64,000 nucleotides of DNA. Origin: a bacterium (GTDB lineage: Bacteria; UBA8248). The DNA lies in contig OY843592.1 in NCBI GenBank assembly GCA_963692865.2, positions 960,001-1,024,000 of the forward strand, written 5' to 3'. The stretch's first letter is position 1. Each line of letters opens with the position of its first letter. This document shows positions 28,844 to 38,253 of the stretch, one piece after another. The notes under the pieces were generated by a model. The model was not told the DNA's origin, did no database searches, and was given only the letters and a program-made list of their open reading frames with translations. Position numbers and translations under genes: made by a program.

Positions 28844-30166
28844 TCAGCGCACGATTGTCCCGGCGACGTCCGGTTTGCGTATCTCGAGGCGATCCTTCAT
28901 GCAGATGTCATGGGCGGCGTTGACGAACACGTGGGCGCCCTTTGTGAGATCATGGACCGATGCGTGCTCTCCCTCCTTCGGGTAGTAGCCCGTGCCGCCG
29001 CCGCTGGCGCGTCCCTGGGGGCCGTAGCAGATCGCCGGGATCCCGGCGCGGGTCAGCGGCGCGGTGTCGGCGTACCAGCCGTCCCAGGTGATCTCGGGGC
29101 GCTCGCCCCAGACGAGGTCGTGCGAGGCGGAGATGCTGCGCACCACGTATTCCTCGGGCGATATTTCGGCCGCGTACGCCGTCTGGATGACCTGAAGCTC
29201 GATCTCCATGGCGGGGTCCTGCTCCCGCAGCCCCCGGATGACCTGACCCACTTCGGCGATGATATCGCCGTGCAGCTGGCCCGGCATCATCCCGACTTCC
29301 AGATAGAGCCGGCAGAAGCACGGCAGCTTGCTCGCCCGGAACGGATGCCCCCCTTCGATGGCGATGATGTTGACGTTTCCGGCCTGCTCCCCCTTGTAGC
29401 GGGTCCTGCTCAGGTAGTCCTTGCCCCAGCTCTTGAGGGCGGGAATGGCGTTCAGCATCTTCTCGATGGCGTCTTCGCCGGGCTTGATCTTCACCGTGGA
29501 GCCGCCGCGGGCGTAGGTGGCGGCCGGGTTGCCCCGGGTCATGAGTTCCATGAACACGTACCCGCCCGTGGCCACCGATATCCGGTTGGACGTCGGCTCG
29601 GGTATGACCACCATGTCGGCGGTGATGCCGTTGTTGACCATGAAGCGGGCGCCGATTCCGCAGCCCCGGTAGCGCTTGCCCTGGTAGCGCCCCACCGGCG
29701 TGTGGCAGGTCTCGCCGACGACGCCGGCGATCATCAGGTTGCCGCGCAGCTTCGCCTTGGAGCGGGCCATGGCCTCCACGGCGAGGATGGCCGACGCGTG
29801 ACCGCTCTTCATGTTGTAGGTGCCCATGCCGTAGATCCACTCGCCCTCGCGCCAGGATTTCGGCTGATATCCCGGCCCGAGATCGCGAATGCCCTCCTCA
29901 TCGCCGCCGTAGGTCGTGTCCAGGTGGCCGCAGTACATCAGGGTAGGGCCGTCGCCCGTGCCCTCGATCTGGCCGTAGACGTTATATCGATCCGGCTCGA
30001 CCTCCTGCATCCAGGTCTGCAGGCCCGCCGCCCGGAAACGGTCGGCGAGATATTCGGCGAGCGCCTTCTCGCCGCCCATGGGGCTCGGGATGTCGACCAT
30101 CTCCATGGTCAACTGGGATATGGCTTCCTCGTCGACGTATGCCAGGGCGTCTTCGACCATGCTCAT
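28844..30166 (-). CDS. M20 family (ArgE/DapE-like) metallohydrolase
   Basis: GPTLMYCGHLDT, IYGMGTYNMKSG, PEPT, GIPAICYGP; GGAGG RBS. Confidence 0.85.
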   Translation of the reverse strand: MSMVEDALAYVDEEAISQLTMEMVDIPSPMGGEKALAEYLADRFRAAGLQTWMQEVEPDRYNVYGQIEGTGDGPTLMYCGHLDTTYGGDEEGIRDLGPGYQPKSWREGEWIYGMGTYNMKSGHASAILAVEAMARSKAKLRGNLMIAGVVGETCHTPVGRYQGKRYRGCGIGARFMVNNGITADMVVIPEPTSNRISVATGGYVFMELMTRGNPAATYARGGSTVKIKPGEDAIEKMLNAIPALKSWGKDYLSRTRYKGEQAGNVNIIAIEGGHPFRASKLPCFCRLYLEVGMMPGQLHGDIIAEVGQVIRGLREQDPAMEIELQVIQTAYAAEISPEEYVVRSISASHDLVWGERPEITWDGWYADTAPLTRAGIPAICYGPQGRASGGGTGYYPKEGEHASVHDLTKGAHVFVNAAHDICMKDRLEIRKPDVAGTIVR

Positions 30167-30241
30167 CGTTCGTCCCTCCTCGGTGCGAGTGATCAGCGGG
30201 TCCACGGGCGTCTCGGCTCTCGTGGCATAAATTTCGAGTGA

Positions 30242-30961
30242 TTACATGCCAAGGTACATCTGGCGAATGTTCGGGTCAAGTAAAAGCTCTGCAGAGTCTC
30301 CCTCGCGGCGATTCCGGCCCATGTCCAGCACATATCCCCGGTCGGAATTTTCCAGGGCCTTGGCCGAGTTCTGCTCCACGACCAGGATCGACACGCCGTC
30401 GCGGTGAATCCGTTCGATGCTTTCGAAGATGGTATCCATCACTGTGGGCGCGAGTCCGATCGTCGGCTCGTCGAGCAGGATGAGGGTCGGTCTGGTCACC
30501 ATGGCCATCCCGAAGCTGAGCATTTGCCGCTGGCCGCCGCTGAGGGTCCGGGCCTTGCTACTCTCCTTCTCCTTCAGGACGGGGAACAGGCCGAATACCC
30601 CCTCGCGCCCGCGGCGCCGCTCCTCGGCGTCGCCCACCGTCCAGGCGCCAAGGTTGAGGTGCTCGCTCACCGTCATCTGGGGGAAGATGTTGCGCCCCTG
30701 GGGGCAATACGCGACCCCGTGCTGGATGATCAGGTGCGGCTCGATCCCGGTGATGTCCTCTCCCTCTAGGACGACCTTCCCCTCCGTCGGCTTCAGGTAG
30801 CCCAGGATGGTCAGCAGCACGGTGGACTTGCCGGCGCCGTTCGGCCCGATGAGGGCGATCGTCTCGCCGCGGCTGACTTCGAGCGAGACGCCGTGCAGGA
30901 TTTGCTTCTTGCCGTAGCCGGAGACGATTCCCTCGACCTTCAGCAGCGTATCCCCGGCCAT
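30242..30961 (-). CDS. Liv-type ABC transporter ATPase (LivF-like)
   Basis: GPNGAGKST, LSGGQRQML, LLDEPTIGLAP. Confidence 0.93.
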   Translation of the reverse strand: MAGDTLLKVEGIVSGYGKKQILHGVSLEVSRGETIALIGPNGAGKSTVLLTILGYLKPTEGKVVLEGEDITGIEPHLIIQHGVAYCPQGRNIFPQMTVSEHLNLGAWTVGDAEERRRGREGVFGLFPVLKEKESSKARTLSGGQRQMLSFGMAMVTRPTLILLDEPTIGLAPTVMDTIFESIERIHRDGVSILVVEQNSAKALENSDRGYVLDMGRNRREGDSAELLLDPNIRQMYLGM

Positions 30962-30964
30962 GGC

Positions 30965-31672
30965 TCAAGCTCCGAAATAGGCGGTGAGGACCGCCTCGTC
31001 GCGCCGGACTTCGTCCGGCGTTCCTTCGGCGATCTTCTCCCCCATGCTCAGGACGACGACGCGTTCGCAATTGTTCATGATCACGTCCATGTTGTGCTCG
31101 ATGATCAGAAAGGTTCTGCCACCCTCGTTCAGGTAATGGATCAGTTCCAGCAGTTTCTTCTGCATGACGGGACTGACGCCGGCGGCCGGCTCGTCGAGCA
31201 GGATCAGCCCGGGATCGAGCATCAGTACCTGGATGATCGAGAGCAGGCGTTGCTGGCCGAAGGAGAGGTCGCTCGCGTATTCGTCGCGCACCTCGTCCAG
31301 GCCGACGAACTCGAGAAGTTCATGGGCCCTGTCGTTCGCGACGGTGTTTCGCGTCGGCAGGGTGACGTTCTCAAGCAGCGTCATCTTGGGGAAGATCCGC
31401 GTCACCTGGAAGGTGCGGCCGATGCCCTTGCGGGCGATCTGGTAGGGGGGCAGACCCGTCACGTTCTCTCCGCGGTAGTGGATGCGCCCGCCGTCGAGCG
31501 GCAGATACCCCACGATGGTATTGAACAAGGTCGTCTTGCCGGAGCCGTTGGGGCCGATCAGGCCGACGATCTCGCCCTCCCCGACGGAAAAGCCGCACCC
31601 GGCGAGCGCATGGACGCCCCCGAAGCTTTTCCGGACGTCATGGATATCGAGGATCGGCCTGTCGGCGGTCAT
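30965..31672 (-). CDS. Liv-type ABC transporter ATPase (LivG-like)
   Basis: GPNGSGKTTLFN, LSFGQQR, LLDEPAAG, IEHNMD. Confidence 0.93.
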   Translation of the reverse strand: MTADRPILDIHDVRKSFGGVHALAGCGFSVGEGEIVGLIGPNGSGKTTLFNTIVGYLPLDGGRIHYRGENVTGLPPYQIARKGIGRTFQVTRIFPKMTLLENVTLPTRNTVANDRAHELLEFVGLDEVRDEYASDLSFGQQRLLSIIQVLMLDPGLILLDEPAAGVSPVMQKKLLELIHYLNEGGRTFLIIEHNMDVIMNNCERVVVLSMGEKIAEGTPDEVRRDEAVLTAYFGA

Positions 31673-31733
31673 GCTGCTCCCCCGGATGGGCGCAAGCGGT
31701 TTCCCGCGCCGCGGCGGGCTTTCGCCTTCATCG

Positions 31734-32681
31734 TCAGATCCACCTCGTTTTCGACAGAATCCCCATCTCCTTGAGACGGACCAGAACGCCGTCGGGCATC
31801 CAGATGACCAGGCAGACCATAACGAGACCGAAGACGGTGATGTTGGCCTGGCCCAGGTGCAGCCAGACGTAGTCGCTGATGAGCTGGAGCGTGAAGGCGC
31901 CGATCACCGCGCCGAGGACGGTTCCCAGCCCGCCGAACATGGCCATCACGATGGACAGCATGGTGTACTTGATGTCGAAAGCCGCGAACGGTTCGATGTA
32001 GTGCAGAAAAGTGGCATGGATGCCGCCCGCCGTACCGGCGAAGAAGGCGCTGCCGACGAACACGCTGACCTTCACGGCGGTGGTGTTGACCGCGAGACCG
32101 CTCGCCGCGGCCTCGTCTTCGCGTACGGCGATCAGCGACAGGCCGAAGTAGGAGCGGGCGAAGAACATGGTCGCCAGCACGATGCAGACCGCGAGGAGGA
32201 AGATGGCGTAGTACTTCTGGTTCAGGTTTCCCGCAAGGACGGGCATGCCGGCGCCGCCTCGCGTCAGCGGCGTCAGGTACTTCGTGGATATGAGCACCCT
32301 GGCTCCCTCGGACAGCGCCAGCATGGAGATCGCGAAATAGGCCCCGCGAATGCGCAGCAACGGATAGCCAATCACCGCCGCGACGAGGGCGGAGGCGAGC
32401 CCGCCCGTCAGGTAGCCCGGGATCAATCCCATTTTGAAGTCGACGAAGCCGATCACCGATGCGTACATGCCGAGTCCGACGAACAGGACGAAGCCGAAAT
32501 TGATATAGCCGGAAAAGCCGGAGAAGAAGTTCCAGGCGCCGGCCAGGCAGGTGTAGTAGAGGATCAGGAACAGCAGGGAGATCGCCGCCGGGCTCAGATA
32601 GAGCGGCGCAGTAGCCGCGAGGACCGCGTAGGCGATGAGGCCCACGGCGCCGACGATGGGAATCGCGCGTCTCCAGGTCAT
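31734..32681 (-). CDS. Liv-type ABC permease (LivM-like)
   Basis: LRIRGAYFAI, AVREDEAAA, GGLGTVLG. Confidence 0.9.
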   Translation of the reverse strand: MTWRRAIPIVGAVGLIAYAVLAATAPLYLSPAAISLLFLILYYTCLAGAWNFFSGFSGYINFGFVLFVGLGMYASVIGFVDFKMGLIPGYLTGGLASALVAAVIGYPLLRIRGAYFAISMLALSEGARVLISTKYLTPLTRGGAGMPVLAGNLNQKYYAIFLLAVCIVLATMFFARSYFGLSLIAVREDEAAASGLAVNTTAVKVSVFVGSAFFAGTAGGIHATFLHYIEPFAAFDIKYTMLSIVMAMFGGLGTVLGAVIGAFTLQLISDYVWLHLGQANITVFGLVMVCLVIWMPDGVLVRLKEMGILSKTRWI

Positions 32682-32688
32682 GGCCGGT

Positions 32689-33564
32689 TCAATCCTCCAC
32701 CCCGTAGCCGAGCAGGCCTCGCCGCCGGACGGCCAGAATCAGCACGATGATCAGGTAAGGGAGTACCTGCGCCATGCGCGTCGTAAGAAAATGGGTGCCG
32801 ACGCTCTCGACGATGCCGAAGATGTAGGCCCCCAGAAACGCGCCGGGCAGACTCCCGAGTCCGCCGATGACGACGATGGCGAAGGCCTTGGCCACGTATA
32901 TCAACCCCATTTGCGGATAAATCGTCCACACCATCGCCACCATGGTTCCGCAGGCGCCCGCGAGCGCGATGCCGAGGCCGAAGGTCACCGCCATGACCTG
33001 CTTGACGTCGATGCCGCAGGCTTGCGCCAGGTTCCGGTTCTGTGCGGTGGCTCGGATGGCCTCGCCGTATGCCGTGAATCGGAGGAGGGCGAAGAAAACG
33101 GCGAGCAGAAGCAGCGCCAGAGCGAAGGCGACGAGATATATCTTGCTGGTGGTGAGAAATCCGAGCGTGACCGGTTCGCTCAGATAGTCGACCGAACGAA
33201 AGGTCGGCGTGAAGCTCACCTCCGCCGTGTTCCACAGGATCATGGATATCCCGAAGGTCAGCATCATCGGCGGCATCAGCCCGCGGATGGCGACGACGTT
33301 GATCAGGAGATGACCCAACCCGAAGCCGATGGCGAAGAGCACCGCTATGCTGAGGGGCAGCGCCAACAGCGGATTCAGGCCGAGGAAAGACCAGGCCCCG
33401 AAAGTGGTGAAGGCGCCGAGCATCACGAATTCGCCGTGGGCCGCGTTTACGACCCCGCAGACGCCGAAGATCAGGCTCAGACCGATGGCCACCAGTGCGT
33501 ACATCGTCCCCAGGATGATCCCGAACGCGATCAACTCACCGAGGGCGCCGAGGGTTTCGAACAT
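32689..33564 (-). CDS. Liv-type ABC permease (LivH-like)
   Basis: YALVAIGLSLIFG..VVNAAHGE, GGLGSLPGA. Confidence 0.9.
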   Translation of the reverse strand: MFETLGALGELIAFGIILGTMYALVAIGLSLIFGVCGVVNAAHGEFVMLGAFTTFGAWSFLGLNPLLALPLSIAVLFAIGFGLGHLLINVVAIRGLMPPMMLTFGISMILWNTAEVSFTPTFRSVDYLSEPVTLGFLTTSKIYLVAFALALLLLAVFFALLRFTAYGEAIRATAQNRNLAQACGIDVKQVMAVTFGLGIALAGACGTMVAMVWTIYPQMGLIYVAKAFAIVVIGGLGSLPGAFLGAYIFGIVESVGTHFLTTRMAQVLPYLIIVLILAVRRRGLLGYGVED

Positions 33565-33693
33565 GCCGGGTTTCCCAAACGATGGGTGGTTGGCCGAAGC
33601 CGGCGACTCGGTGCAGCCGCCGTGAGCCCGCATCGAGGCGAACTCACGGCGACAGGCAACGGTTCCGCCAGGGGGCGCTTGCGCCTACATCGC

Positions 33694-34983
33694 CTACATG
33701 GCTTCCCACTTGAACGGGTGTTTGAACTTGGCGGTGGCGATCTTGCTCGGGAAGATCACCTCCGGCGCCACCTTGCCGTTCTTGAGCTGGTTCTGCAAAG
33801 CGAGTCGCGTGCCGCCGACCTGCAGTCCGGAGTCGGCATGGCCCAGCGGGTTCACCCGGAAGCGTCCGAACACGGTGGCGCGGTCGAGCGAGAACATGAC
33901 GTCGCGGATCGCCGAGCGATTCTCCACCGATCCGGCGCGTTTGACCGCTTCCTCGAGAATCTGACAGCCGCCGTATCCGGCCGCCGCGAGCCAGTCGGGC
34001 GCCTTGTTGTACTCCTTGGCAAAGGCGTCGACGAACTTCTTGTTGCCGGGCCAGTCGGCCGTCGGGAGCCATTCGGTGTCGCTGCAATGCCAGGCCGCGT
34101 TCTTGCCAAGCGCCTGATTGAAATCCACGTGGCCGAGAGCGGACATGTACCAGATCGCCTTGGGCGCCCATTTCAACGAGAGGGCGGCCTTGGCAATCAG
34201 GATGGAGTCGGCCGAGTAGCCGCCGCCGCAGAGGACCTCGGCGCCGGCGGCCCGGGCCTTGCGGACCAGCGGCACCATGTCTTGGATCCCGATGGGATAG
34301 GCCTCGTCGAGGACAAGGTCGAGGCCCGCGGCCAGGATCCGCTTGCGCACGCCCTCCGCCGCGGCGATCGGCATCGCGTCGTCGATGTGCAGCAGGGCGA
34401 CCTTCTTCATCCCGGCGTTCTTGCACATCACCTCCATGCCGGCGAAGCGGTCGCGGCTCGGGACCATGAGCTGCACCTGCCAGTTGAGCTTTTGGCCCAG
34501 CCAGATCTTCTGGCTGGAGGCGGTGGCGCTGACGGTAGGAATCTTCGCCGCGGCGACGATGGGCCGCACCGCCAGGTTGATGGAGCTGGCGTAGGGGCCG
34601 AGCAGCAGGTCGACCTTCTGGTTGTGGATGAGATGAAGCATGAGCCGCGCGCCCTGGGTGGGGTCGCTCGTATCGTCGAGAACGGTCAACTCGACCTTGC
34701 GCCCGTCGATGAGCCCGGGCCCGCTGTGAGGAAGCTTCTCGTTGCCGTAGCTGAACCCCTTCTCGTTGATGTGCTTGGCCCATAGCTTGTAGCCTTCGAC
34801 GCAGTAGAGCGCCTCGCGGGAATACCGCCCGGTGAGCGGCATCGGGCAGCCGATCTTGATGGGCTTGGATGCAGCAAGGCCAGACTTCAGGATTCCAGGC
34901 GCCGCCAGGGTACTGAGGCCGGCCACCGAACCAGCGGTCGAATACTTCAGGAACTCGCGTCTCGTGATCGTGCTCTTGGACAT
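33694..34983 (-). CDS. Tat-exported Liv-type ABC substrate-binding protein
   Basis: TRREFLK Tat motif, IKIGCPMPLTG, LLGPYAS. Confidence 0.9.
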   Translation of the reverse strand: MSKSTITRREFLKYSTAGSVAGLSTLAAPGILKSGLAASKPIKIGCPMPLTGRYSREALYCVEGYKLWAKHINEKGFSYGNEKLPHSGPGLIDGRKVELTVLDDTSDPTQGARLMLHLIHNQKVDLLLGPYASSINLAVRPIVAAAKIPTVSATASSQKIWLGQKLNWQVQLMVPSRDRFAGMEVMCKNAGMKKVALLHIDDAMPIAAAEGVRKRILAAGLDLVLDEAYPIGIQDMVPLVRKARAAGAEVLCGGGYSADSILIAKAALSLKWAPKAIWYMSALGHVDFNQALGKNAAWHCSDTEWLPTADWPGNKKFVDAFAKEYNKAPDWLAAAGYGGCQILEEAVKRAGSVENRSAIRDVMFSLDRATVFGRFRVNPLGHADSGLQVGGTRLALQNQLKNGKVAPEVIFPSKIATAKFKHPFKWEAM

Positions 34984-35603
34984 TTCTTGTTCCTCCCTGA
35001 TGGGTGCGATCGGACCGTTACGCCATGCGGGTCATCCCCGACGGGAGTTCGAGCGTGCGAGATCGCGAGCAGACGATCTCTCACGCCGCAATTCAAACGC
35101 CGGGCGGTTCGTTACGCCCCGCACGATGGATTAAAAAGCCAGTATGGATAAGACATGGTACCACCGGGACCCCACCGAAGCAAACGATAGCGGCCGAGGC
35201 CAAGTGAAGGCACGGACGATCAACACCAACTTGTAGAACTTTTGCGCCCGATTGACCTGTCATATTCCCGGTGATACATTCATCGCTTCTCATATCATTA
35301 TACTTTTGACCACGCCATCAAAGATCCACCTGCGATTTCCGAACCGTGAAAAGGGGTTCTTGATGAACGCGAAATACGCGTGGTTCTTATCGGCCCATCG
35401 CGCCGGTGACGATCCCGTATCCAGTTACAAAACACCCGGGCGCGAATCCGCCGCCGGATACCTTTCGAAGGGGAGTTTTTGGCGTTCCCATGCGCCGTCG
35501 ATACGCCGGCGCAGTGGAATACACATCCGGGAAGCCTGACAAAGACGCGGAAGGCGCCGATGCGCTTTCCTTTCCTTAAACCGAGAAACAGGGGAGGTGT
35601 ACC

Positions 35604-36641
35604 ATGTGGCGTAATCGAATCAGCAGGAGGAGTCTCGTTCAAAACCGAACCGTCAGAGCTGGCGGGTGGCTCCTGGCCTTGGCAGTATTCGGCTTTGTCG
35701 CAGCTCTCTCGACCCCCGTATTCGCCATGGAAAAGCAGCTTACCTTCATGTCGGGCGGTGCGAAGGGTTCCTGGTACCGCTACCTGACCGCGATGAGCGA
35801 GTGCATGCGGAAGAACAGCGACATCAAGGTCACCGTCGTCCCGACGTCTGGCGGCATGGAAGCGTTCAGTAAACTCCAGGCTGGCAAGGCTGACGCAGGG
35901 TTCACCTTCCAGACCGTGGCTTTTCCGGCCTGGGCCGGCAAGGGACGCTGGAAGGGTAAGAAGCTCCAGAATCTGCGCGCGGTCGGCTTCGGGATTTCCT
36001 CTTCGATATTCCACTTCGTCGTTCTGAAAAGCTCCGGCATCAAGAAACTGGCCGATTTGAGCGGAAAGAAGTTTTCGCCGTGTCCCATCGGCACCACCTG
36101 CTACGCATCGGTCGGCTCCTTTCTCAGACATATCGGCTTGTACAAGAAGATCAAGGTGAGCAACCTTTCCCACGGCGAGCAGGTCAGCTACCTGAAGGAC
36201 GGCAAGATCGACGGCTACGCCTTACAGGGCGGTCTTCCGAACCCCTCGGTAACCGAGGCGGCCCTGACCCGGCCCGTCCGGCTGATCAGCATCGATCAGG
36301 GGGTGGATTTCAGCGGTTTCCTGAAAGAGTTTCCCGGCTTCGAGCCCACGACGATCCCGAAAGGAACCTACAAGGGCGTGGACTATGACGTGGCCACCAT
36401 GGGCCTGAGCGGCGTTCTGGTGGCGAACAAGAACACATCGCCGGATCTGATTTACGAAATGACCAAGACGGTCTGGGGCAAGGCCTGCGTCGGCTACCTG
36501 ACCAAGAACAACCGCGGCCTGGCCGCTCTCAAGAGCGCCAATCCGACCGAAGGGCTGGTGATTCCGGTTCATCCGGGAGCCGCGCGGTACTGGAAGGAAA
36601 GAGGTATCAAGAACATGGCGCCTGCCGAGGGTTCGATGTAA
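35604..36641 (+). CDS. TAXI-family TRAP solute-binding protein
   Basis: SGGAKGSWY, TSGG, TIPKGTY, IPVHPGAARYWKE. Confidence 0.9.
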   Translation: MWRNRISRRSLVQNRTVRAGGWLLALAVFGFVAALSTPVFAMEKQLTFMSGGAKGSWYRYLTAMSECMRKNSDIKVTVVPTSGGMEAFSKLQAGKADAGFTFQTVAFPAWAGKGRWKGKKLQNLRAVGFGISSSIFHFVVLKSSGIKKLADLSGKKFSPCPIGTTCYASVGSFLRHIGLYKKIKVSNLSHGEQVSYLKDGKIDGYALQGGLPNPSVTEAALTRPVRLISIDQGVDFSGFLKEFPGFEPTTIPKGTYKGVDYDVATMGLSGVLVANKNTSPDLIYEMTKTVWGKACVGYLTKNNRGLAALKSANPTEGLVIPVHPGAARYWKERGIKNMAPAEGSM

Positions 36642-36711
36642 ATCGGGCGGGTGATATGCTTAGATGGAGGGGGAGGACACACAGGTCCTCTCCTACAGAA
36701 CCGCGTTTTAC

Positions 36712-36789
36712 GTAGCCGGACAGGCGCAGGGGCCTGTCCGGGGACCTCAGTGTCCGCCCGCTCTTGAGACAGGCTTTTCACCAATCCCC
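36712..36789. repeat. GTAG-type REP hairpin plus IS-like end
   Basis: gtagccggacaggcgcaggggcctgtccgg (same core at 46131-46159); ggcttttcaccaatcccc at 36772-36789. Confidence 0.7.
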
Positions 36790-36855
36790 TGCGGGGAGAT
36801 TGATGAAGGCGGTGATTGTGGGCCTGCGGGACCGGAGAGGGCGGAGCCTTGTGCG

Positions 36856-37950
36856 ATGAGTTTTGAGAGAAAGACACTCGGGGTCGCCGTCATCGGCGCG
36901 GGGCGCATGGGGACCCACCGCGCCCGGATGGCGTCCAAACACCCCGCGGTCCGCTTCCTGGCCGTTTCCGATCTGGATCCCGCCCGGGCAAAGGCGCTGG
37001 GCGAGGAGGTGGGAGCGCATTTCACCACGGGCGACAACGAGGAGGCGATATCCCACCCCGACGTCAACGCCGTCATCGTGTCCACCCCCGAACCCAGGCA
37101 CGTCGAGCCGATTCTGCAGACCATCGAGCGCGGAAAACGCGTCGTGGTCGAGACGCCCCTGGCCTTGAGCCTGGGTGATGCGGACACGCTCATAGAGGCC
37201 TCCTCAAGCAGCGGCATCGAACTGCACGTGAACTACAGCAAGCGTTACTCGCGTCACTACTTCCTCGGCAAGGAGCAGGTCGTGGAAGGCCGCCTGGGGC
37301 GGATCCTGGGCGGAACGGCCCGGGTGTACAATTCACGCGCGCAGGCCTTCGAGATACTGAAACGCACGGACGAGGTCACACCGGTGGTCGACGTGCTCGT
37401 CTACTCGGTGGACATGATTTGCTGGCTCATGGAGGGGATCCGCCCCGTGGAGGTTTTCGCCCGCGGCCACGGGGTCGTTTTCGAGGAAGCCGGCTACCCC
37501 GGGATCGACGATACGACCTGGGCGATTCTCACGTTCGAGGACGGGGCCGTCTTCAGCCTGGGAATCTGTTACGCCCTGCCCTACAAATATCCCACACTGG
37601 GGCAAGGCACCCGCCTGGAAGTCATCGGCAAGGAGGGGGTCCTGCTTTTCGACGAGGACAAGAAGGAGAACCTCCTCTATACGGAAAAGGGATATCCGCA
37701 CGTGTATGTCCCCGACCATCACATCAACACCGCGTTCCTGGGAACCAACTCTGCGGGCGACTGGGCGCTCGATCATATGTTCGGGCCCGTCGCCCACGAG
37801 ACCCGCGCCTGGCTCGATTACCTCTCGACGGGGAATCCCTGCCTGCATCCGACCGCCAGAGAGGCGCGGCAGACCCTGGAAATCACCCTCGCGATCGACG
37901 AATCCGCCCGGACCGGAAGGGCGATCGAACTGCCCGCGAGAGTCATCTGA
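36856..37950 (+). CDS. Gfo/Idh/MocA family oxidoreductase
   Basis: IGAGRMG, VIVSTPE..H, VETPLA (EKP variant), LEVIGKEG. Confidence 0.88.
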   Translation: MSFERKTLGVAVIGAGRMGTHRARMASKHPAVRFLAVSDLDPARAKALGEEVGAHFTTGDNEEAISHPDVNAVIVSTPEPRHVEPILQTIERGKRVVVETPLALSLGDADTLIEASSSSGIELHVNYSKRYSRHYFLGKEQVVEGRLGRILGGTARVYNSRAQAFEILKRTDEVTPVVDVLVYSVDMICWLMEGIRPVEVFARGHGVVFEEAGYPGIDDTTWAILTFEDGAVFSLGICYALPYKYPTLGQGTRLEVIGKEGVLLFDEDKKENLLYTEKGYPHVYVPDHHINTAFLGTNSAGDWALDHMFGPVAHETRAWLDYLSTGNPCLHPTAREARQTLEITLAIDESARTGRAIELPARVI

Positions 37951-38003
37951 GAATCCCCCGCTCAACTTATGACGCCCTTGATCCCCTGCGAGCCATGCCT
38001 TAA

Positions 38004-38237
38004 GGGGTTGTTGAGAAAGCCTCGTTGGGAGGACATCGTTTCTACCCCCTCCCCGATGCGGGAGGGCTTGCCGGGCGACGGGGAAGAGGCGATCCTCCCG
38101 CATCAATCGGACTTTCATCTTGTAGGGGCCGCATATATGCGGCCCATGACTGGGCGGCAAAAAAGGCCGGGTCGCATGTATGCGACCCCTACAAACCCCC
38201 CAAATTCCCCCTGTCAGGGGGCTTTTTCAGCGGCCCC
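38004..38237. mobile_element. MITE-like element with a REP doublet inside
   Basis: Ends GGGGTTGTTGAGAAAGCC and (rc) GGGGCCGCTGAAAAAGCC; inverted pair tgtag-gggccgcatatatgcggccc ... gggtcgcatgtatgcgaccc-ctaca at 38121-38193. Confidence 0.7.
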
Positions 38238-38253
38238 CTCAAGAGCGTAGGGG

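Noticed and set aside
28742-30241. 12-bp direct repeat AATTTCGAGTGA flanking the M20 gene
   Set aside because: Short, and the gene fits its operon; no other evidence of mobility.
32635-34785. Long antisense ORFs (e.g. 716 aa here, 787 aa at 58914, 548 aa at 48678)
   Set aside because: Shadow frames of GC-rich genes with no recognisable motifs.
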